A stretch of DNA of 61,770 nucleotides, counting the filler, from Choristocarpus tenellus KU-1152 (Eukaryota; Protista; Phaeophyceae): NCBI GenBank assembly GCA_964200185.2. It is 13 parts of 13 records of this genome, joined end to end, with 100 filler letters (N's around TTAATTAATTAA, not from the genome) between each part and the next. Parts side by side here need not be neighbours in the genome. Positions count along the whole stretch, not along the records: positions 49,221 to 53,934 come from CAXNAD020013367.1; positions 54,035 to 56,657 come from CAXNAD020026190.1; positions 56,758 to 61,770 come from CAXNAD020012164.1; 10 more parts are not named here. One strand, 5' to 3'. How positions within the stretch are numbered: position 1 is the stretch's first letter; each line of letters begins with the position of its first letter. The position numbers and the translations under genes were made by a program. Below are positions 53,435 to 61,770 of this stretch, piece after piece. The notes under the pieces were generated by a model. The model was given only the letters and a program-made list of their open reading frames with translations. It did not search any database and was not told where the DNA came from.

Positions 53435-53693
53435 GTTTGAAAGTATCTTAGAGGTTACGAGTTTTTCCCTATTTGTCCATTTGGGGCTTGGCTTCCCATG
53501 TTTTTTTTAATGACATTTTCCTACTCCAAAATGTTTAGGGGTAGGTATAATGTATACGTTATGAAAAGGTGTGTCCGAAACATAGATATTGACACTTCCT
53601 AACAAACACGATAATCAAAATTACACCAATACCGCAACATAGGTTTTTGACCACCAAATGGACGTGGCTCTACCCTCTAAGATACTTTGGCTC
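53435..53693. mobile_element. MITE family A, full copy (reverse orientation)
   Basis: GTTTGAAAGTATCT...AGATACTTTGGCTC with flanks ACT/ACT. Confidence 0.9.
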
Positions 53694-54905
53694 ACTTTTA
53701 CAGCCCTGATAAAGAAACAAGATTATTTTTCAAATTTTCATTTATTATAGGTGCACACAATCCAAGTGGCAACTGAGGTTTGGCAAGAGACTGTTTTATT
53801 TGGGAAGGTGAGAATACTTCCACCTGAACTCAATACGGTGAGACAGAAATGAAACGGTTACCCACCAAAATCTCAACCAAAATGGGGCAGTCTACACCCA
53901 TCTGTGATTCCGTACCCGAAGCCCTCCAAATCTCNNNNNNNNNNNNNNNNNNNNNNNNNNNNNNNNNNNNNNNNNNNNTTAATTAATTAANNNNNNNNNN
54001 NNNNNNNNNNNNNNNNNNNNNNNNNNNNNNNNNNCCCTAGGATTTTTGAGTACTTCGTCCGGACCGAAACGGACGCCCCCTCACAAACCACCCCCCCCCC
54101 TAAGATACTTTGGCCCAGGTTGGAGTTGGTTGTGGTGTGATAGTTGAGAGGGTGATTTTCCTCACTAAAATCAAGTTACTTAGACATCCGTCCGTCCGTC
54201 GTCCAGTATATGGCTTGGGGGGCTATTTCTCCTCTCCCTGAGCGAGTTTTTTCACGGGAGAAGAAGAATCGTGATCCTCCATGTCTCACCTGTCTGTGTG
54301 TAACCCTAAAATCTTCATTGTTATTGTAACTCCACTGTTATGCCAAAAAGCTCATCAGCCAGCAGCCAGTCAGCCCTCCTCATTGAGCTTGGTCAAGAAT
54401 ACACGCTCTCCGTCGTAATCGCGACCCCTCCTTGATTTCTTGTTCCGCATTGATTGACTGGTCCACTCAACCAAGCACGAGTCCTCCTCTCGACACACAG
54501 CAATCACCAGCGCATACGCTCTGCCCAATCTCAGCCTTCGACTTCTGTGAAACTTGAAGCCTGGAAGTAGACCACACCATGATATTCAGTATGTCCTTCG
54601 ACAGAGGGGCTTCTGCAATCATTGTACCGAGTTCTGTGTAGACACTCTACGTTGTAGTGAGCTGCGTGCGAAGGTTAAGGTCCGAAAGCCTCGCACAGAG
54701 TGTGTTTCCAGGAACAAAATCGTCAAGGTGGACTCATCTTGATTAATTTCGAGGTATGTAAGGTGGGTTGATCGGTGATCTGCATATCAAATTAAAGCTG
54801 AGATCATAGGTAGTCGATTGGAGGAAAGAAGTCCTGTCACAAAAAAAAAGTCTTGAGATGATTTTCAACGATTTTCATTTTTTTACCAATTCAACTAACC
54901 CAACC

Positions 54906-54959
54906 CTGCTAAGTTTGTGTGCTTTGCACGCGTGAGTTCGAATCTCACCGGTGTCGCCT
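54906..54959 (+). pseudogene. tRNA-Ser(GCT) 3' half (anticodon loop to CCA-equivalent), fused to repeat body
   Basis: CTGCTAA loop, long variable arm GTGC-TTT-GCAC, T-arm GTGAG-TTCGAAT-CTCAC, acceptor 3' strand CGGTGTC, discriminator G, then CCT. No 5' half or A box. Confidence 0.85.
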
Positions 54960-54960
54960 A

Positions 54961-55373
54961 TATGAATCGTGTTATTCTGTGGCGGCATCGTTCACTCAGA
55001 CAAGGGTGGCGAAGAGAATCATCGGGTACCAAACGAAACAAGACGAACCGTAACCGAGAGTAAGAGGTTAAAGGTTGGACAAGTGGAAGATCTCAAGGAC
55101 TTGCAGGTAGAATTGAGGAGTGATGAGCATCTTCAGAGAGGGGGCTTCATCACCACCATTCAAGACATGAGAACAAACTGAATTTTTCATGTGTGACAAC
55201 TCTGAATGACGAGCTGTCCTGAGTCTATGGAATTGATCTCGCGAAGAGATTCCATGGTTTCATTCTAAAGGAAGGTCCGCCAATAGATTCATGGATGCTT
55301 GACAAGGAACTTCAATCTGTACATCGGTATAACGATATGACGGTATATTGAATACGGCAATAACGGTGTAACA
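54961..55373 (+). repeat. Dispersed LTR-like repeat body (copy 1)
   Basis: Homologous to 47145-47319 (-) and 61726-61770. A possible distal end GGTGTAACA reads TGTTACACC on the minus strand. Confidence 0.65.
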
Positions 55374-58300
55374 AAAGATAAACATGGTTTCCACATTTTT
55401 TGCATTTACTTACTCAACACAGAGTAAATTTGCGACCAGATTTTTTTGCCCCAATCGACACCATTTAATCTCAGCTTTAATTTAATATGTTGATCACCGA
55501 TCAGGACGCCTTACATCACCTCGAAATTAATCAAGGCCGGTCTGATCCTAGAGGCGACTGACTAGATACGCGATATCTCGTAGCTAGGGTGGTGAAGTTG
55601 GTTTGTGGCGATACACACTCAACGAGTTACCTTCTTGTTTGTACATCCTCCACACTTTGATCCAAGCCAATCGAGAGGTCGGCAGGTTTGGACCCTTTTG
55701 CATTACAAGCCATCTTTCTAACCCTGTGCAATACTCTATTTCATTGCCTTATGTTGACAATAATGTACGCAAATCGATATTCCCCCTTTCCATCCACAAA
55801 GTGACACCACAATTTAGCAAAGGCTCGTTCTGCAATTCTAAAAATAGCATTTTTTTCCTTTTCTCAGGATCCTTAAAATGCCACCCTACCTACCTCTGAG
55901 TTGGTTTGACTCTTTGCCCATCCCCTCACCACCCAAACACTACTGTGTTTTTCTACCTTCACATTGGGACCACTACATTTCACTGGGCATAATTGCAAGT
56001 GTGGACACTACCTTACGGAAATTGTAGCACCGTGAATGCAGATGGGGACGATGAGATTAGACTGTGCTTTGATTGCCACACTCCCGAGGAGAAGAGTGAT
56101 GTGAGAAACAGTAGTGATGATGATAAGAGCCCATTGTGTGACGGCTTTCTTCGTCTCCTCCAACTGGAAACAGCCTTCTAGTCGCCGGCAAGTTGCGGCT
56201 GCCTGCCAAGGGGTCAGATATTTGGGGAAAGTTGCCAACATTGAAACGAATGTCCTTCACCCAGAAGGCAAAGTTCTGGACTTGCTAGCGGCACACAAGA
56301 TTAACCATGTCAGCATAGCAGAGCGATAAGGTGTTGGCTTGAGGATCATCACACTAGTTGGATTAAACAAGAAAGGTTTTCAGAAGCAAGCTTCATGTAA
56401 GTCGAAAAGTTCCACATGTTTGCAACTCATACGATTCACTCAGGTATGATATTGTGTCCCTGCAATGCTATGAGTGTGCAAGTAAAAATTGTTGGTGCAG
56501 AGAACAGGAACAACATACAGCACAACACCCGTAAGTCAAAGAACAGTCCGATGTATGACTGGGTCAAAGTATCTGGGGGGGGGGGGGGGGGGGGGGGGGC
56601 GGGGGGGGCGGCGTTTGACAAAACACTTCTTTTTTTTTCGGTCGCGGCGAAAAAAAANNNNNNNNNNNNNNNNNNNNNNNNNNNNNNNNNNNNNNNNNNN
56701 NTTAATTAATTAANNNNNNNNNNNNNNNNNNNNNNNNNNNNNNNNNNNNNNNNNNNNCCCCCAGATACTTTGACCCGGATCGATATCCTGACCTAGTGTA
56801 TACTTGTTCCAAGTATATATATAAATATAAAGGATAGCAACATCACCTCTTTCAGCCCATCTCAACTACGTACTATACATAACCAAGTAATCCCTGTACA
56901 AGTCCTAACTTACACACAGGCTCTACAAGCAGACCTGTTTTTCCTCTTTCGGAGTTGTTTGAAGTTTGACTCCTTTTATATATGTACAACCTACATCTTA
57001 CCATGATGCTACTTCACCTTGATATAACTACTGACTCTTGGCCTCGCGCGAATAGTCGATCGCGCGCCCGCACATAATTTTTAAGTATATAATTCTGAAA
57101 ATTATAGAAAACCATACCACCACTGACTCAATACAGGTACATTTTTCGCCCCTTCTTATGGACGTACCGTGTAAAACCAACTCATTTCTGTCTGTCCTTA
57201 CACCTGTCTGTCTGTACACGCCAGCATCGACTTTATAGAGCTATTTTTTCTCTTTGCGAGATATTCGGAGTTTCAGTCCTCTTAATAATGTACTATATTT
57301 GTATGTAGGTCAAATTTCGACAAAATACTGTGACTTCAACATAACCTCCATGTCAGGAAAGACAGTCACACCACACTCCCTCTTCTCCCCTGCCTAGCAC
57401 ACAGCCTTCAAGGGCTCCAGCCTCCCCCCCAGAGGGGCCTATTTATCAAAATTAACAATTCAGAACTACATATCTCAATGATGCGTTCACTTCCTAAAAA
57501 ATACACTACCACCAGCCGTGATGATGGCAACACTCGGTCAATTGATATCCTCATACAGAACAAATCAGAGTGGGGATGGTCACGATTGGGTTTGTGGTGA
57601 TGGTAGGACCTGTTGGACATGTCAATGCTTGCAATCTGTCAAGCACAACACTACATCAAAACTGAGAGGCCTTACATGAAGAATTTGATAAAATCTGATA
57701 GGTTTATCAATAACTACTTCCACAGTAGCAGGAAAGCATGGGTCATGGTAGATGCACAGATGAGTTGCACAATACAACAAACAAGCTTCAGTCAGCTTTT
57801 CTCGTGCCTTTGAGGGCTCAGTGCTGCAGTGTTGACCCTTCTACATTAGCCTCACCCCACAAGCTCATATTTACCGTAGGTACTATATGACAGCCTGATT
57901 AAACTCATGCCATAATTACTCTGTCAGCTGTCTGTGCAAATATAATGAGTAACGATATATCACCACATCATACACTTGACAAACAGGAGATTTGATGGTG
58001 TTGTACAGCATGAATCCGTGCAACACATCACACATCATTTGCATGACTAGGTGCTGCAACAGCGTGAAACGCAATTGAATAAGTCAAGGTCATTGTTTTC
58101 GCTGACACCACGGAGGAAAAATTACAATGATCTTCTCATTTGTGACAGCATTTCCATGTTTGAGGCAGCACCCAACAAACCACGTTGCATCAGGTAATAT
58201 ACAGCTTGGTCATAGGTTTGTATTTTGGCAGGTGCAACTGGCATTCACAAAATTAATTGTGATTGAGGAGATAAATTCCACATGCTGTACCAGTAGACTT

Positions 58301-59359
58301 GTGCCTTGAGTCTACTTAGCGGCACCTCCTGATGCATGCATGCACTTTATGGTACCTATCCTTTACTGTTGCATACTTTGTACAGATCCCTGCCTTTCAT
58401 CTACAAAATACAAAGCAATGCCAAACCATTGTTACTCTGGGGTATATTCAAGACGATCCTCCCCCTGTGATACAACACGATAAATACAAACAACTAAAAA
58501 ACAAACCACCCAGCATAGCTCCATTGCATCGCCCAATTGTGCATCTGCCTCCCTTTTCACATTCTCAGCACACCATCTGTGGTTTTGTGATTCAAGGCAA
58601 AGGAATACAGAAATACAAAACATCATTTTCTTCATGTAAAATTTCCACAAAGTACTACATTCAAGACCTCACCATCACATTCTATTAACTGCTTGAATAA
58701 TGTACAGTATGTAGCATCACTAATTGTCACCGACAACATCAACACCAGAACTGGCCCACGTTTGGAAGAGAGAACTCTAAAGGGTTGTGCAGCGATGTAC
58801 CATGCATACACGTTCCTGGCTGTGCTTGTCATGCCCCTCAGCAAGTTGATTTGATTTTATGTCGACCCTGAGAAAGCAATGGTGGGTGAAGCACTCCCTG
58901 CAGCATGCCTATTACCTTTCAGGTTGAAATGGCGCAGTCTTGATTGAGAGATGCATGCTGGAGAAATGATCAGAACAGAGAAAGGGAGAAAAATTAGCAG
59001 AGCGACAACAAGCTATAACAACACCATCAGTTCAGTTGCGACACAAATGAGCACACCATAAAACTGGACACAACAGGTTATTCCATGTATGCAAAGAAGA
59101 AAGTCTGCACAGTACACTGAGTACTAGAGGAACACTTGTTGATCATCATTCCGATTCCCGAAGTGGGGTTCATCACATGCTCTTTGTCACTGGTTGAGAC
59201 ACAACTGGGATATAGATGTCCTCTCTTACACTCGCGTATTCGAGAGGCAGGGGCATTAGCAATTTTACCTCTACTATCTAACCGCAGAGCAAACGTATGC
59301 TTGCGTTGGTTGTAGTTCTTATTAGTAAGTTAACTCAGAGACAACCTGTACGGCACTGA

Positions 59360-60200
59360 CCTGTCCACGACTGCAAATCATACCACCCAGCAGTGGGCGC
59401 TGTGAAATGTCGTGACTATACGACCTTAGGGTCTTAAGGAAACCCCCTCCATGATCTCCTTCATTGCACAGTGAAAACGATGGGTTCGCCCCTATCGAGC
59501 TCCATGTCTTGAGACCCAAGCTTCCAAGGCGCCTTGCCCTTTCATCTTCCAATACTCCCTCGGAAATACCCAGCACCTCCAGTGCCTTGCGATATGACAG
59601 TTCCGTTTCGGTGTAGCCAAGGAACCATTCGACCTTGGTCTGACATGTGCAACCCAAGAACGAATAGAAAGATAGGAGGGAAATGGTTAGTGGCGAAGGG
59701 GGGAATCAAATTGTTAGATGCGATCAACTCAAGGGGGAAACACCACGACAAAGATGCAAAATCACAACTAGCATTGATCATGCCCCTATCGAACTCACTT
59801 GATTGCCTAACCCCCTCTCGGCCATGAGACGTTCGGCCACCTTGACATCATATTCAGTTACACCGAGACGAAGTAGGGCCCTTGTGCGGAGAGCCTGGTC
59901 CTCTGTGACACCGAAAAACTTGTTCAATACACCCGACTTATTGTATGAGGTCGACAGGTGTGGCGAACGCATCAGCTGAGCCGTTTGACCCACTTTGGTG
60001 ACGGTGACACTATTTACTGGTTGCCGAAAGCAGAGACCTGACCCAGGTGACGCCAGATTTTCCCCTTGAGACATCCCTGGTTCCACGATTTCATGGAACG
60101 GAGAATTTTCCTTTACGCGGTCCAAAGCCAACCCTGATGATGGACCTGAGTCTTTGGCAGTGGACGCGTTAATGACATGGGATCTAGCCACTAACATGAT
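59360..60200 (-). CDS. Hypothetical protein exons with a duplicated motif
   Basis: KFFGVTEDQALRTRALLRLGVTE and WFLGYTETELSYRKALEVLGISE in two neighbouring ORFs. No family recognised. Confidence 0.45.
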
Positions 60201-60949
60201 TGTTTCCCCGGATGCTGTGGTGCACTGTTTACTCCTCCCAATGATTATTTGGTGATCACAAATGAACACCTCACACAACAAGGTCTGGGAAGAGGACGTT
60301 GGTGTTCGGATTAGTGGGTTCGTTGTTCCTAGTTTACGTTGTTCTTCTGTATATTACCAGCACCTTCTTGCGAACAACCCGTGATTTTACCCTCTACTTC
60401 TTTGTGACCTGGAGGCAGGTAGGAACCAGCAATTTGGTATCTTCAGACATTGACCCTTACCTCTCCACAAAGCAATCTGATAAATATTATTTTCAGATCT
60501 CAGATCGTAAAAAGATCCACATTCTGAATATGATATACTACTTATTACTACCAATATTTTATTATTTCCATTAATCATTCAACCATAGCATCTTCTTGGA
60601 CAGAAAGAGCAACAGAAAATTTTATGAATCGATCAGGATTCAAATTCGAAGAGGGTGCAAATTCGAACAGCTCATACTACAACACTAACTCAAAACACGG
60701 ACAAGTATTATGAGAGGATGTACTCAAGAATTCGGAACATGGAAGCAAAATAACCACCTGGAATGTTCGCACCATAAGTGTGAACGGTATAGAACATACC
60801 AATACCCTACAGTTTTAAAATAATATCTTTAAAACTTCAGAAATTTCCCTCTTTCCAGTTGCTTGAAGATCAGCAAGGCTTTCCATCTGTTCTAAGACTT
60901 CGTCAAATATTTCCATACGTTTACAAGTAGTATGTAATAAATTCTGACC

Positions 60950-61140
60950 TTCAAGTTCTGGACTAACCTAGGTTGGAGGCACAGGAGGGCATTGGTGTGG
61001 CATAGGTGGTAATAAAATTATAGATCGATGAAAGTCTTTCACATTCTAAAAAATGTTACTTTTTTAGGGGTTATTCTGACATTTGAATGGTTTTCATTGG
61101 TTTTTCCCCCAACACATCTCCAAAATGTCAAGGACATACT
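60950..61140 (+). mobile_element. 5'-truncated CRE-like 3' end copy
   Basis: CTAGGTTGGAGGCACAGGAGGG...CATTGGTTTTTCCCCCAACACATCTCCAAAATGTCAAGG is the reverse complement of 5530-5705 and 28785-28960. Confidence 0.7.
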
Positions 61141-61671
61141 CTACTATGTAAGAGAAAGAAATACCTACTGTATAGTACGAAAGTAACATCTGTACATAGC
61201 CTCTATATCTCCTCTACAATAAACAATTTGAAAATATTTCATGAAGAGGAAAAGAAGAATCATGAGGTAGAAAATATATCACTACAACAAGAAACAACAT
61301 ATAGACAGAACAGTACTCTAAATCACTAGAGAGGCAAACAAGACCCAACTCATGTCATAATAACAATAACACAATACTAATATACACTTATTTGTTTTTA
61401 CACAACTTATTTTTTCGGGTTAGGTTTAGGATTATAAGTGTTATTATTGTTTTTATGTTAATGGTGTGGTCATTACAACATTATTTGTTGGGTCCTATTT
61501 CAACCTCTCCATATTGGAAGTCCTTCCGATATACTAATATATATGCTGATGTTTGCTGGATGGGGAATGGGAACAAGGGTTAATGGGAGGAAGGTGGATT
61601 TGACAGGAGAAGAACTGGTGAACATGTCAAGACAACATTGAAAAGTTGGGGATTGGAACTGAGAAATAAAA

Positions 61672-61724
61672 TGCTAAGTTCGTGTGCATTGCACGCGTGA
61701 GTTCGAATCTCACCGGTGTCGCCA
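61672..61724 (+). pseudogene. tRNA-Ser(GCT) 3' half ending in CCA, fused to repeat body (copy 2; body 61726-61770 runs off the window)
   Basis: TGCTAA GTTCG T GTGC ATT GCAC GC GTGAG TTCGAAT CTCAC CGGTGTC G CCA, then A and TGTGAATCG. Confidence 0.88.
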
Positions 61725-61770
61725 ATGTGAATCGTGTGATTCTGTGGTGGCGTGGTTCACTCAGGCAAGG

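Larger units (their letters stand above)
54738..55535. mobile_element. ~800-bp element bounded by long imperfect TIRs (~85-115 bp), hosting the tRNA-linked repeat
   Basis: CTTGATTAATTTCGAGGT...AAATTAAAGCTGAGAT...GTCGATTGG at 54738-54821 is the reverse complement of ~55451-55535. No clear TSD. Confidence 0.75.

Noticed and set aside
54860-54959. Functional tRNA-Ser gene
   Set aside because: The acceptor 5' strand, D-arm and A box are absent in both copies, so they are reported as tRNA halves.

Overview
Eukaryotic nuclear DNA, not one contiguous locus. It is 13 short contigs joined by 12 artificial 100-bp linkers (44 N + TTAATTAATTAA + 44 N), so adjacency across linkers is meaningless. An ASAFVP bipartite plastid-targeting peptide, intron-rich genes and a flagellar TTC29 gene point to an ochrophyte (brown alga or relative); this is inference. 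Host genes reconstructed by eye with consistent GT-AG phases: a complete formate/nitrite transporter, the 3' end of an RNF213 (mysterin)-like gene, TTC29, an exostosin/GT47 glycosyltransferase, a filamin-repeat (+PA14-like) protein, an 88-aa plastid-targeted protein and a possible GGNBP2-like exon. Mobile DNA: two degenerate Ty1/Copia elements, CRE-like (RLE) non-LTR retrotransposon fragments with dispersed 3' tails, and about 20 copies of two MITE families sharing a 14-bp TIR. These MITEs interrupt genes and sit at over half of the contig ends. The most unusual signal is a dispersed repeat whose LTR-like end is fused, in two copies, to the 3' half of a mature tRNA-Ser(GCT) (CCA in one copy, CCT in the other) that begins at or near the anticodon loop. 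A third copy lacks the tRNA part and stops exactly at the same junction. All family assignments are from motif recognition, not database searches.
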